From: Candidatus Thermosaccharophagus yellowstonensis
GTDB taxonomy: Bacteria > Armatimonadota > Fervidibacteria > Fervidibacterales > Thermosaccharophagaceae
DNA: 64,000 nucleotides
Assembly (NCBI GenBank): GCA_041537945.1
Contig: JBGOEK010000005.1
Span: forward strand, 6,445-70,444
Direction of reading: 5' to 3'
The number at the start of each line of letters is the position of its first letter. Position 1 is the first letter of the stretch. Positions 46,557 through 56,690 of the stretch are shown piece after piece. The notes beneath the pieces are model-generated. The model saw only the letters and a list, made by a program, of their open reading frames with translations. It ran no database searches and had not been told where the DNA came from. Both the position numbers and the translations under genes were made by a program.

Positions 46557-49322
46557 CTACCAACGGAAGGAGAAGGAAAGCGTAAGTGAGTAGGCACCGG
46601 GCGGGATAGGAGGGCGTTGTATCCGCTGATTCGTGTTGTAGTGCGCCGATAGTGAGAAATAACATTCATCCACTGAACGCTGAGGAACCCTCCACGCATA
46701 TGAGATGGCGTAGATTAAGCCTTTTACATCTTCTGAGCTTTGTCTTTCGGAAACCTTTCTGAAGGACAGATGCAGTTTGCCGTTCTTCCCCAAGTTGCCT
46801 TGAAGGATTGCGAACACATCCTGCCCTTCATTCAAATTCGTCTGTGCGTATGGGTTGAGTTTATGGGCACCAACTTGAAGTGTCCAACCTTTTGAGATGG
46901 TCGCGCTCAGACTCACCATGCCCCAGTCTACAAGGCTGAGTTGACTTAGCTTCTGCCCAGTTGGGAGCGTTGGGAAGGGACTCATTGATGCCCTCGAAAA
47001 CCACGACTCCTTAGACCACCTCGTTATCCAGTTCTGAGGCATGTTCAAGAAGCGGTATACTTCAATTTTCGCCCTCCCAAGTGGCAGTTGGAAGACAAGC
47101 TCGCGCATCGGCATCTGCCCATATTGTCGTGTTTGGTTGAGTGCATAGCCAACAACTACTCGAACACCGTCACGCTTTCCGAGGCTTAGACGAACCAATG
47201 GGGCTTGATTTGCCTCACCTGATGGCGGACGGACGCTCGTGTAACCAATGTGGACTTGTGGTTTCATGTCGGACTTAGCCGTTGCAGCAATATAGACGCT
47301 GTGTTGCTCTCCTTTGTTGCCTTCCCCATCACCCGTTTGTGACAGCTCCGTCGCAATTAGAACATCTTTGGTTACCGAGTGAAGGAGGACAACAGATTGA
47401 GTTTGCTCCTCGCTGTCGGGGGCTCTCCTGTCGCTCATAGAGAATTTGATGAGCGTTTCCCTCTCCTGCTGTTTTTCGCTCATCACCGTTAGCGACTTCT
47501 CATCAACTCTTTCGTCGCCATGCTCAACTGATGTCACGCTAATGAGCATGCCCATCTCATCCGATATCGGATGATGTAGCTGGAACTGATCAACCTTATG
47601 TTCTATCCCCTGAGGCGTTGGCTCTTCTCTGTAGGAGTAACGCAACTTAAGCTCGGAGACATCAATATTGCATTCCCCGATTTTGACAGAGCCGATTGGC
47701 GTTGGCTTGCTCTCCCAAGTAGCAGCTAATGAAGCACGCTTTGAGAGAGGCGATTGGAGAGCCATCTTCATGTAAGTTCCGTCAGTGCGAGAGTCCGGTT
47801 CTGTATTGGTGTGCACAATGTTGAGTTGGAACTTCGTTGCAGACTTTGGGTTGGTAGAGAATGAGAGTGCCATACGCTTCAGCAAAGTCGTAATGCCATC
47901 ATCGGGTTTCATTCGCTGCCAGAAGTTTGATAAGGTCATACTGTGCCCACCAAACTCAAGCCGTTTCTCCAAGCTCCATTGCATCAGCTTGACTTCCGGC
48001 TTGCCCTCATCCTCTATGTCACCGAACACGAGTGAGGCGCTCGTTGATTTATCTGGTTGAAGTGAGAATGATGTCATGCGCGTGGTCTGTGCTCCTTTTG
48101 AAGATTCAACTTCAGCAATGGAGTGGCTAACTTGGAATGTCTTTGACGGGGCTAATGTAAACTGCGTCACCCTTTGAGAACACCCAATAAGGTTAGCCAT
48201 GGCTTCTCTACCTATGCTTTTTAGGAACTGCGTGTTTGTAGCTTGAGCGATTGCTACCCTTTTGCTGATCGCCGAAAACTTGCCACCAAACAATGTCAGC
48301 ATGTTTGCTTCCTGTGAAACTTCCATTGAGGCATTGCCTATGTTTATGCTTTCATGCCTGAGTTGGAAGTCGTTTGATGGCTCATACACGAACAAGCGTT
48401 CGCTTTCACGCAACTTGGAAAATGATTGCAACGCAGTTATGGCAGGGGCGCCAAGCAACTTGAACTCTTTTGAAAGGGACTCAAACTCTGATGCGAGTGC
48501 CTTCGCTTCCCCACCAGTCGCTTCAGCTGTGAGCAGGGCGCCACTTTCAACCGATGTCTTACCGAGGTGCATCTTCAACCTGTGCCCCGTAAACGAAACG
48601 CTTTGGCGCTCAACTTCACCACTGCCTGAGAGGGAATGCCATTTGGCATCCGCATTGAACGAACCTATCTTCGAGCACAACGATAGCGTTGAGAATTCAT
48701 ATCCCCTAAGAGCATTTAGCGAGCGGGGCAGAGGGGCGACCTCGTTTAATTCGCTCACCCAAGTTCCATTGCCCAAAAGGAGATCCTTTCCCACTCGCGC
48801 CTTCTCAAACTCAAACTTGAAGGTGTTTGAGCTATGCTCAAGGCGGTATCTTGTGAGCGAACCTTTGGGCTCAACCTTTGCCATGTAACTTGCTGTGTCA
48901 TCAACTTGCATTGTGAACAAACTGTTTCCCCTCGCACCACGCCAGCACGATAGCGATGAACTACCTCCGATGGCGAAGTCCCTCATTTGCAAGCGCTGTG
49001 AAAAAATCGGGCTTAATTGAGCGCTCTTCACAATAGTTGCGGAAATGCTTGTCCCTTTGCCGAGCGGTGCTGAGATGTGAGTGCCTTGGACAAGGTTTCC
49101 AAGTTTCAGTTGCGTGCTGTTAAGCTGGGGCTCAGTCCTGTCACTGAACATCGTTATCCTTACTCCCTGCCCAAAACGCAAACGGCTTAGCGTGTTAAGC
49201 GTGCTTTGACCATCAGCATAGGTTTGCAAAAACGACTCCTCAAAAGATGCAAGGTCGCCCGCCGTCACAGCTATGAAGATGCACGATATGGCTATCGCTA
49301 TTACCTTACTTAGGTTGCTCAT
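46557..49322 (-). CDS. Large predicted outer-membrane beta-barrel protein (no family recognised)
   Basis: ATG 49322 (GAGGTGA SD) gives a signal-like MSNLSKVIAIAISCIFIAVTAG. The 921-aa body is rich in alternating beta-strand patterns. The C-terminus LTLSFSFRW is a classical OMP beta-signal with a terminal aromatic residue. Confidence 0.45.
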   Translation of the reverse strand: MSNLSKVIAIAISCIFIAVTAGDLASFEESFLQTYADGQSTLNTLSRLRFGQGVRITMFSDRTEPQLNSTQLKLGNLVQGTHISAPLGKGTSISATIVKSAQLSPIFSQRLQMRDFAIGGSSSLSCWRGARGNSLFTMQVDDTASYMAKVEPKGSLTRYRLEHSSNTFKFEFEKARVGKDLLLGNGTWVSELNEVAPLPRSLNALRGYEFSTLSLCSKIGSFNADAKWHSLSGSGEVERQSVSFTGHRLKMHLGKTSVESGALLTAEATGGEAKALASEFESLSKEFKLLGAPAITALQSFSKLRESERLFVYEPSNDFQLRHESINIGNASMEVSQEANMLTLFGGKFSAISKRVAIAQATNTQFLKSIGREAMANLIGCSQRVTQFTLAPSKTFQVSHSIAEVESSKGAQTTRMTSFSLQPDKSTSASLVFGDIEDEGKPEVKLMQWSLEKRLEFGGHSMTLSNFWQRMKPDDGITTLLKRMALSFSTNPKSATKFQLNIVHTNTEPDSRTDGTYMKMALQSPLSKRASLAATWESKPTPIGSVKIGECNIDVSELKLRYSYREEPTPQGIEHKVDQFQLHHPISDEMGMLISVTSVEHGDERVDEKSLTVMSEKQQERETLIKFSMSDRRAPDSEEQTQSVVLLHSVTKDVLIATELSQTGDGEGNKGEQHSVYIAATAKSDMKPQVHIGYTSVRPPSGEANQAPLVRLSLGKRDGVRVVVGYALNQTRQYGQMPMRELVFQLPLGRAKIEVYRFLNMPQNWITRWSKESWFSRASMSPFPTLPTGQKLSQLSLVDWGMVSLSATISKGWTLQVGAHKLNPYAQTNLNEGQDVFAILQGNLGKNGKLHLSFRKVSERQSSEDVKGLIYAISYAWRVPQRSVDECYFSLSAHYNTNQRIQRPPIPPGAYSLTLSFSFRW

Positions 49323-49330
49323 CGTTCTCT

Positions 49331-49351
49331 CACCTCGCCGTAAGCGAGGTG
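49331..49351 (-). promoter_or_regulatory. Intercistronic hairpin enclosing the Shine-Dalgarno site of the 921-aa OMP gene
   Basis: cacctcgc-cgtaa-gcgaggtg forms an 8-bp stem (6 G:C). On the mRNA the 3' arm GCGAGGUG contains the SD, 8 nt before ATG 49322. Confidence 0.4.
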
Positions 49352-49360
49352 TAGCAGTTA

Positions 49361-50827
49361 TCACCATTGGACCCCGAGCCTGAAGAGTTTTATGTAGAGG
49401 CACTTGTTTTGGTTTGCTCCAGTGAAGGTGTCGCTGGGGCGAACTCGCTCAACAATGTCAGGGCGACCAAGAAAGTAATTGTTCAGTCTTTCGACCTCTT
49501 CAATTTCAGGGCGATATTGGAAAGCAGCTCCCATAACCATGCGCCATCCTTCAACAGAAACAGCCGAGGATGTTAGTTCCGTTGCTTCCCTCCATCGCTT
49601 CAGAACTTCTTCCAAATCACCTTGCACGAGAAGTTCCTCACCAAAGGTTTCCCCTGATGCCACTCCTATGCCATACTTCGGAAGGCTTTTAGCGATACTT
49701 TTCCCTTCAGCTCTCACTTTAGTTGCTTCAAGTGCTCCAACTCGCAATGTATGTGTTGCTTGAGTGCCAGTGAATGTTTTTTCGAGTTTCGGTAGCTCAT
49801 CAATTCCTTCATGCCTTGCTCTTCTGATCAACATTTGCGAAGCCACCCTCTCATGCTCGTGGTGAACTGGCAATACAACTGTTGCGTGCACGCGTTCCGC
49901 GAACTCTCTCACCCCAGCTCCACTTCGCTCCAATTTGGTTCTCATCGGCATGCTTGTCTCCTTCAGGCTCGGCTTTATGTCGTTGATATTTGATGGTTTT
50001 ATTGTTTCATCAGTTGCAACTACGCATGCTGTAAGTTTTGCTGACGCTAAAGCTTGCTCTTCACGAGAGATGTGTTGTGCGCGTTTGGCAAGTTCGTCTG
50101 GTTTGGAAGGAGGTGGTGTGGTTGGTATGGGACGATTTAACGGCTCTTTGGCGATGTGGCTTGTTACAACATGCCTCTCGCGAGGGACTTGCTCAGTTAC
50201 CACACTAACAGGTTGCAAAAGCGCTGTATGCCTCATGCGGTAATTCAGCAAGAGCGTTGCAAGTAAAGCGGAAGCGATGACCATAGTAGCCACGATGGCT
50301 TGCCTTGCCCACTGTAAAAGCCTCTCTGGGAAGTGAGCCACTGTTTGCGACGAAAGTCTTTCCTCACGCAGGCGCTCAATAAGCGCTACTTTGTGGTGTG
50401 CAGGCACTGGCAACTTGCGAAGCGACTTCATCGCCTCTGCATACCTTTCCCATTGAGCCCAAACTGCCGTGCATGTATCACAGCGTGCTATTTGCTCAAG
50501 CAATCCATGAGCATCTTCTTCTTCAAGCTCCCCATCAAGCAGTTCGAGCATTTTGTATTGGACAGCCTTGCAATTGTGCGGTTTGTCTGAGGGGGTGTAG
50601 CCACCCTTGGTTTCCCTTAGCCGATGCAGTGTCGTCATTAAAAGCTCGTCTTTGGGTTTAGGCTCTTGATATGAAGCGAGAACTCGCTTGAGCGCAACCA
50701 CAGAGTTGTAGAATGACATACACTCCGCACACTGCTTGAGGTGCTCGTTAAGCCCTTTCATTTCAGCTTCATCCAGCTCGCCATCTATGTAAGCCGAAAT
50801 AAGCATGCGAGCTTGTTTGCAATCCAT
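49361..50827 (-). CDS. Membrane-spanning anti-sigma factor with tandem zf-HC2-like modules; no adjacent sigma gene
   Basis: ATG 50827 follows GGGAGAGGAG. First module: MDCKQARMLISAYIDGELDEAEMKGLNEHLKQCAEC (H-x3-C-x2-C). Second, His-less copy: CKAVQYKMLELLDGELEEEDAHGLLEQIARCDTC. TM helix AIVATMVIASALLATLLL. Confidence 0.65.
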   Translation of the reverse strand: MDCKQARMLISAYIDGELDEAEMKGLNEHLKQCAECMSFYNSVVALKRVLASYQEPKPKDELLMTTLHRLRETKGGYTPSDKPHNCKAVQYKMLELLDGELEEEDAHGLLEQIARCDTCTAVWAQWERYAEAMKSLRKLPVPAHHKVALIERLREERLSSQTVAHFPERLLQWARQAIVATMVIASALLATLLLNYRMRHTALLQPVSVVTEQVPRERHVVTSHIAKEPLNRPIPTTPPPSKPDELAKRAQHISREEQALASAKLTACVVATDETIKPSNINDIKPSLKETSMPMRTKLERSGAGVREFAERVHATVVLPVHHEHERVASQMLIRRARHEGIDELPKLEKTFTGTQATHTLRVGALEATKVRAEGKSIAKSLPKYGIGVASGETFGEELLVQGDLEEVLKRWREATELTSSAVSVEGWRMVMGAAFQYRPEIEEVERLNNYFLGRPDIVERVRPSDTFTGANQNKCLYIKLFRLGVQW

Positions 50828-51033
50828 CTCCTCTCCCTCGCAGCGCTGTGTTGGTTTGCTCAAGCCGTTGAATTCTCTAATTAACTTGGACACTTACGCG
50901 AAACCCCAGTTTCGCCTTGGCAGTGCGTATTTCATGTGGCGGAGTGACGCATAATGGAAAATGAACCGACAACACCAAGGGATGCTTGATTTGGATTCGC
51001 TGGCAAGTGAAACACTCACGGGGGTGGGGGAAG

Positions 51034-52035
51034 ATGGGCTACAAAGTGTTTGTGACACGCATGTTGCCAGAGCCAGCGATTGAAAAGCTTCGGAGTGCTC
51101 CCGAAGTCTCTGAGGTGAGGATTTATCCACACGACCGCGCAATTGAAAGGGAAGAGTTGCTCGAAGGTGTTAGGTGGTGCGACGCCCTCATCTGCCTGCT
51201 CACCGATACGATTGATAGCGAAGTCATGGATTCAAATCCGAACCTGAAGGTCATCGCAAACTACGCGGTCGGGTTCAACAACATAGATGTTGTCGAAGCT
51301 ACGAAGCGCAAGATACCAGTTACGAACACTCCCGGAGTGCTCACCGAAACGACAGCTGACTTAGCGTGGGCTCTGATGATGGCGGTTGCAAGGCGCTTGA
51401 ACGAGGCTGAACGTTTCCTGCGCTCTGGCAAATGGAACGGATGGGGTCCAATGCAATTTCTTGGCGCAGATGTGTGGGGCAAAGTCCTTGGTATAGTCGG
51501 GTTTGGGCGAATTGGGAAAGCTGTTGCGAGGAGAGCTTGGGGCTTTGATATGCGTGTCATTTACTATGACATGGTGCGGGCTGATGAGGAGATTGAAAGG
51601 GCCCTGCGAGCAACATATGTGCCGTTCGATGAACTGCTTAAAGAGGCTGACTTTGTCACCATACATGTGCCGCTTATAACACACGGACCAAACAAGACAT
51701 ATCACATGATCAGCGATAGGGAGTTTGACCTAATGAAACGGACCGCTTTCCTAATCAACACTTCAAGAGGACCGGTCGTTGATGAGAAAGCCCTTGTTAG
51801 GGCTCTCAAGGAGAAAAAGATAGCTGGCGCTGGCTTGGATGTTTATGAGAACGAGCCAATGGTTGAGCCAGAGCTCCTTGAGATGGAGAATGTCGTTCTC
51901 CTCCCGCACATCGGGAGCGCATCAACTGAGACAAGGACGAAGATGGCACTCATGGCTGTTGAGAATGTGCTTGCGGTGCTACGGGGCGAGCGCCCACCAA
52001 ACATAGTCAACCCAGAAATTTACGAAGAGACATAG
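51034..52035 (+). CDS. D-isomer-specific 2-hydroxyacid dehydrogenase (glyoxylate/hydroxypyruvate reductase-like)
   Basis: GIVGFGRIGKAVARRA NAD fold, the INTSRG context, and the HIGSAS catalytic His. Confidence 0.85.
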   Translation: MGYKVFVTRMLPEPAIEKLRSAPEVSEVRIYPHDRAIEREELLEGVRWCDALICLLTDTIDSEVMDSNPNLKVIANYAVGFNNIDVVEATKRKIPVTNTPGVLTETTADLAWALMMAVARRLNEAERFLRSGKWNGWGPMQFLGADVWGKVLGIVGFGRIGKAVARRAWGFDMRVIYYDMVRADEEIERALRATYVPFDELLKEADFVTIHVPLITHGPNKTYHMISDREFDLMKRTAFLINTSRGPVVDEKALVRALKEKKIAGAGLDVYENEPMVEPELLEMENVVLLPHIGSASTETRTKMALMAVENVLAVLRGERPPNIVNPEIYEET

Positions 52036-52074
52036 CTTCATGATTGCACCCGTCGGTGGTGATCAGAAGATACA

Positions 52075-52941
52075 ATGGTTGGAGGCGTGGTGTTGGTAAT
52101 CATCTGTTTGGTTGCTGTCATCATCGCTTTCTATGTCGTCATACGCTCGTTGATGCAAGCCTTCAACGAATGGTGGAGCAAGCCCGTTGAGCCAGCATTG
52201 CAATTACCGTTGCCGTCTGTCACTGGACCTGAGTGCCTCGTTCTGGCGTTCGCTGACATGTTCATTGAGCCAGTCCAATCGCCCCCGGAGCACTTGAAAG
52301 CTTATTTTTCGCTTGTGCCTTCTTCGGGTGTCCATGTCCCGAACAAGCAACTTGTTGAGGAGATGTTCTTCGCCTCTTTCGTCTGGCTATCTTGTGAGGG
52401 TGCGATTGAGTGGAGCGTCCGAAAACGCAATGTGGATCCATTCTCCCCATTCCCACCGCGTGACTGGGAGCTACACATGCGCCCTGTAAGGGCTTTCCCG
52501 AGGACACCATTTGCGCGCAACCTTGAGGTCGGCTTCAGGAGAGCTTTGAAGGCTTGGTTCATACACAAGCCCGGTGATCAGACAGCGCCAGTTGAGGAAG
52601 TCATTGAATTTGCCCTCCGTGAGATACGCCGACTGACTGGACGGACAAAACTAACAGGAGACGCATACCGAGATTTCATCCAGTATGTGCAACACTTCCT
52701 TGCTGAGCGTGGTCTTTATGAGGTGAGTGAGGAGAAGGGGCTATTCGGCAGGAGGCGGATCATGTTCAAACCGATAAAGGAGCGCATCGATGAATTGCGC
52801 GCTCAAGCTGAGCAACTCAAAGCTCAGCTGATGCAGTTTGTCGACCAAGAGCCGATTCTAACAAAACAGCTTCGCACAAGCATTTCCGAGGGGCTTGCTG
52901 CTATAAAGCAGATTGAGCCTGACAGGAACGCCATCTTCTAA
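52075..52941 (+). CDS. N-terminally membrane-anchored hypothetical protein with C-terminal coiled-coil
   Basis: 288-aa ORF with TM VVLVIICLVAVIIAFYVVI. No motif recognised. Confidence 0.4.
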   Translation: MVGGVVLVIICLVAVIIAFYVVIRSLMQAFNEWWSKPVEPALQLPLPSVTGPECLVLAFADMFIEPVQSPPEHLKAYFSLVPSSGVHVPNKQLVEEMFFASFVWLSCEGAIEWSVRKRNVDPFSPFPPRDWELHMRPVRAFPRTPFARNLEVGFRRALKAWFIHKPGDQTAPVEEVIEFALREIRRLTGRTKLTGDAYRDFIQYVQHFLAERGLYEVSEEKGLFGRRRIMFKPIKERIDELRAQAEQLKAQLMQFVDQEPILTKQLRTSISEGLAAIKQIEPDRNAIF

Positions 52942-52971
52942 ATCCCTTAGCGCTCACGAGGTGAACACGTA

Positions 52972-53907
52972 GTGCGTATAGTCATAACTGGAGGCGCAGG
53001 CTTCATCGGATCGCATCTGGTCAAAATGTGGTTGAAAGAAGGTCACGAAGTCATCGTCGTAGACAACCTCATAACGGGGCGCATCGAGAACATAGCCAAC
53101 ACGGATGGCAAGCTCACAGTGATGCGCTACGACTGCTGTAACTTCCTTTACATCGATGGACCTGTCGACTATGTTGCGCATTTTGCGAGCCCTGCGAGCC
53201 CAGCTCACTATATGCGCTACCCGATTGAGACACTGCTCGTCAACTCAATCGGGACATGGCGCACGCTCGGTTTGGCTCGTGCCAAAGGTGCAAAGTATAT
53301 CCTCGCATCAACCTCTGAGGTTTACGGCGACCCACTCGTAAGCCCTCAGGATGAGAGTTACTGGGGTAATGTGAACCCTATCGGTGTGCGAAGTGTTTAT
53401 GACGAATCGAAGCGCTTCGCCGAGGCACTCACCATGGCTTACCATCGCCACTACGGTCTGGATACACGCATCGCGCGCATCTTCAACACATATGGACCTG
53501 GGATGCGCATAGACGATGGGCGGGTCATACCGAACTTCATCTGGCAAGCGTTAAAGGGAGAACCTCTCACTATCTACGGTGATGGAACTCAGACTCGCTC
53601 CTTTTGCTACATTGATGACTTGGTAGAAGGCATCAAAAGGCTCATGGAGGCAGATGCGCACCAACCCATAAACTTGGGCAACCCGAACGAAGTGCGCATC
53701 ATTGACCTTGCCAACCTCATCATCAACCTTACTGGGAGCAAATCAAAAATTGAGTTCAAGCCACTGCCAGAGGATGATCCAAAACAACGCTGTCCAGATA
53801 TAAGCAGGGCAAAACAGCTACTTGGTTGGGAGCCTAAAGTCACCCTTGAAGAGGGATTGAAAATCACGATTGAATACTTCAAGCGCCTTCTCCATTCAAA
53901 CGCGTGA
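52972..53907 (+). CDS. UDP-glucuronate decarboxylase (UDP-xylose synthase), extended SDR
   Basis: [31 protein letters not shown] (YxxxK), [13 protein letters not shown] follows GAGGTGA. Confidence 0.85.
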   Translation: MRIVITGGAGFIGSHLVKMWLKEGHEVIVVDNLITGRIENIANTDGKLTVMRYDCCNFLYIDGPVDYVAHFASPASPAHYMRYPIETLLVNSIGTWRTLGLARAKGAKYILASTSEVYGDPLVSPQDESYWGNVNPIGVRSVYDESKRFAEALTMAYHRHYGLDTRIARIFNTYGPGMRIDDGRVIPNFIWQALKGEPLTIYGDGTQTRSFCYIDDLVEGIKRLMEADAHQPINLGNPNEVRIIDLANLIINLTGSKSKIEFKPLPEDDPKQRCPDISRAKQLLGWEPKVTLEEGLKITIEYFKRLLHSNA

Positions 53908-53949
53908 GAATGGCGAAGCGCTTTTGCTTATGCACTGCAACCTGAAAAC

Positions 53950-54978
53950 ATGCGAATGCGCATTCAAGGAGTGAGCAGATTGGTAAAGCGGATGATGTAT
54001 ATCGCAAGCCTTGCGCTACTTGCAGGGAGGCTCTGCGCCCAAGTTAAGGTGGAACAGATAAACTATCGTGGTTGGGATGAATCGTATCGGATAACGAACG
54101 GGCTTGTTGAGGTCGTAGTCGTCCCAAAGATAGGGCGCATAATGAGCTACAGGTTTGTGGACGGCGAAAACATACTCTGGGAGAATGAGAAATGGTTCGG
54201 CAAGCTACGCAAAGACGCAAAGCCGAACGAGTGGGCAAACTTTGGTGGCGACAAAGTATGGCCAGCCCCGCAAGCACAATGGAATGAAGTGATGGGTAGA
54301 AGCTGGCCACCTGATGAAGCTTTTGATGGCGGTGAGTGCACAGCAGTTGAGTTGAAAGACGGTGTTGAAATTGTGACACCTGTAAGCCCACACTACGGTG
54401 CATGGCTTGTCAGGGAGATAAGACTGAGCGCCAATTCATCGAGGCTCACAATCAGGCAGAGGCTGGAGAAGCTTCGTCTGCCACTTGTGGAGATGCTGAT
54501 ATGGAGCGTCACACAGATACGGTCGCCAGATTTAGTCATCGTGCCTCTAAGTCGTGAGAGCAAGTTCGAGAAGGGATACGCTGTGCTTAGCAAAGCTGAG
54601 CCTGAATACTGCAAGCGTTATGGTGATTTCCTGCTTCTGCGCCGTGACCCGAAGAAGGCAACGAAGGTTGGCGCTGACTCAAAGGAATGCTGGCTCGCTT
54701 CATTTCATGGTGATGTTGTGTTCATCCAGCGTGCCCAACACAGAGAGCACGAAGTATATCCAGACGGTGGATGCACTGTTGAGGTTTACACCAACCCAGA
54801 TGAATTGCCGTATGTTGAGCTTGAGCTGATGAGCCCAATATTCAAGCTCGGACTCGGTGAGGAAGCGCAATTTGATATCTCTTGGGAGCTACATAAGCTT
54901 AAGTCTGTCCCGCAAAGCGATGCCGAACGCCTGCAAGTTATCAAAGAGCTCATTCAGCGCTCAGAGCCGTCTAACTGA
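53950..54978 (+). CDS. Secreted beta-rich protein, DUF4380-like (aldose-epimerase-like fold?)
   Basis: Signal-like MMYIASLALLAGRLCAQ. YRITNGLVEVVVVPKIGRIMSYRF and FGGDKVWPAPQ resemble my recollection of DUF4380. Weak assignment. Confidence 0.35.
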   Translation: MRMRIQGVSRLVKRMMYIASLALLAGRLCAQVKVEQINYRGWDESYRITNGLVEVVVVPKIGRIMSYRFVDGENILWENEKWFGKLRKDAKPNEWANFGGDKVWPAPQAQWNEVMGRSWPPDEAFDGGECTAVELKDGVEIVTPVSPHYGAWLVREIRLSANSSRLTIRQRLEKLRLPLVEMLIWSVTQIRSPDLVIVPLSRESKFEKGYAVLSKAEPEYCKRYGDFLLLRRDPKKATKVGADSKECWLASFHGDVVFIQRAQHREHEVYPDGGCTVEVYTNPDELPYVELELMSPIFKLGLGEEAQFDISWELHKLKSVPQSDAERLQVIKELIQRSEPSN

Positions 54979-56005
54979 CGAAGTGTTCATAGCCACCTGC
55001 AACTTCTATCAGCTTGCCGTTGCTATCAACACCATAAACGAGGGGTTCTCCCGATTCCACCTCGCCGATGATAGTGCACTTTGTTCCGCACTCCTTCTCT
55101 ATCGCCTCGCAGAGAGATGAGGCGTATGCTTTTGGAGTGGTCATGATTAGTTCGTAGTCTTCGCCACCAGTTAAAGCCATCTCAAGTGGCGAGTAGCTGA
55201 ACCGCTTTGAAGCCTCGATCGCCTCCTTGCTTATCGGTATCTTCTCAAGCCACAAGCAAATCCTGACACCACTCAACTGGGCGATCTTGCTCAGGTCACT
55301 CGCTAAACCGTCACTCACATCAATTGCACACTTGCAAAGCCCAGTTGAAGCAGCTATCAATGCTTCATTCACCCTCGGTGTGGGTCTCAACTGTCTCATT
55401 GCGAGCCGACGCAAGACCCTTGAGCGTTTGACAGCTTGCGCGCCTGCCTCCCTTAGTAGCTTTAATCCGATCGCCGAGTCCCCGAATGTGCCAGTGGCTA
55501 TGACTGCGTCCCCCACTTCAGCTGTAGACCTAAGTGGGACGCTGGCGCTGTTTACGCCTATAGCGCTCACGGAGATGAAGATGCTCGACGGTGAGCTTGA
55601 TGTATCACCGCCAACGACTGCTACACCGAATTTGTTTGCCACCTCAAGCATGCCACGATAAAACCTTTTCACCCACATGAATGGTAGACTGCTTGGCATG
55701 GCAAGCGATACAAGCACTGCTACTGGTTTTGCAAACATTGCAGCGAGATCGCTCAGGTTGACCGCAAGCGCCTTCCAGCCAACATCTTCTGGCGTAAAGT
55801 AGTCAAGCGAGAAGTGGACACCCTCAACAAGCGAATCTACAGTTATGACTAACTGCTCTGTCTGCTCAATTTTGAGGACTGCAGCATCATCGCCCACTCC
55901 GAGCACAACATCGTCCCTTGACTTGGTTTGCCCACTAAGCTCGCTATGTATCCAACTTAGAATTTTCAGCTCCCCTATGTCCTTGAGCTTTTTCACCTTG
56001 CTCAT
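54971..56005 (-). CDS. thiL: Thiamine-monophosphate kinase
   Basis: IGELKILSWI opening, VGDDAAVL, DSLVEGVHF, GGDTSSS, DVSDGLASDL. ATG 56005 lies inside the 3' end of thiE. Confidence 0.88.
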   Translation of the reverse strand: MSKVKKLKDIGELKILSWIHSELSGQTKSRDDVVLGVGDDAAVLKIEQTEQLVITVDSLVEGVHFSLDYFTPEDVGWKALAVNLSDLAAMFAKPVAVLVSLAMPSSLPFMWVKRFYRGMLEVANKFGVAVVGGDTSSSPSSIFISVSAIGVNSASVPLRSTAEVGDAVIATGTFGDSAIGLKLLREAGAQAVKRSRVLRRLAMRQLRPTPRVNEALIAASTGLCKCAIDVSDGLASDLSKIAQLSGVRICLWLEKIPISKEAIEASKRFSYSPLEMALTGGEDYELIMTTPKAYASSLCEAIEKECGTKCTIIGEVESGEPLVYGVDSNGKLIEVAGGYEHFVS

Positions 56006-56690
56006 CTCCGTTCCTTTTGCAAGCCTCATATATGCGCACGAGTTCTTCAACAGCCTTCACAGGTTCGTCAGAACCAATGACGGCTGAGATGACAGCAATT
56101 GCGTCGGCACCTGCACTGATGACTTGTTGAGCGTTCTCATGGTTTATCCCACCTATTGCAACAACTGGTATTTTCACCGAAGCCTTAACAGCCCTTAGCA
56201 TATCAAGCCCTACAGCTTGAGCAGCATCTGGCTTTGTAGATGTAGGGAAAATAGCGCCAATGGAAACATAGTCAGCGCCCTCCATTTCTGCCTCAACTGC
56301 TTGCTCAACATTATCAACTGACTTGCCTATGAGCATGTTTTCGCCGACCAACTTCCTCGCCAATGCTACTGGCATGTCTTCATCACCGACATGAATGCCA
56401 TCTGCACAGCATGCCAAGGCTACATCCACTCGGTCGTTTATGATGAGTAGTGTCTTTGTGCCGCTCGTCATTTCCCTTAGTTTGAACGCCCACTCAAGGA
56501 GTTGCCTTGTGGTTGCGTTTTTGTCGCGGAGTTGGATGACTGATGCACCGCCCTTGATGGCAGACATGGCTATCGAGATGTGATCGTGCTTTGGGTTGAT
56601 GTATCTGTCGGTGATGACATAGATGCCACGCACCCTGCGACGCATCTCCTCAAGCTTGTTCACTTGCATCCTGTTCCTTTCACCTCCCAA
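55944..56690 (-). CDS. thiE: Thiamine-phosphate synthase
   Basis: GIYVITD, IQLRDK, LIINDRVDVALACCADGIHVG, VAIGGI. The start may be ATG 56669. Confidence 0.9.
   Translation of the reverse strand: MGGERNRMQVNKLEEMRRRVRGIYVITDRYINPKHDHISIAMSAIKGGASVIQLRDKNATTRQLLEWAFKLREMTSGTKTLLIINDRVDVALACCADGIHVGDEDMPVALARKLVGENMLIGKSVDNVEQAVEAEMEGADYVSIGAIFPTSTKPDAAQAVGLDMLRAVKASVKIPVVAIGGINHENAQQVISAGADAIAVISAVIGSDEPVKAVEELVRIYEACKRNGDEQGEKAQGHRGAENSKLDT

Noticed and set aside
50894-51142. 82-aa ORF upstream of the orphan anti-sigma gene as the missing sigma factor
   Set aside because: It has no sigma region 2 or 4 motifs, is Ser/Cys/Pro-rich, overlaps the divergent dehydrogenase gene's start region, and lacks an SD.
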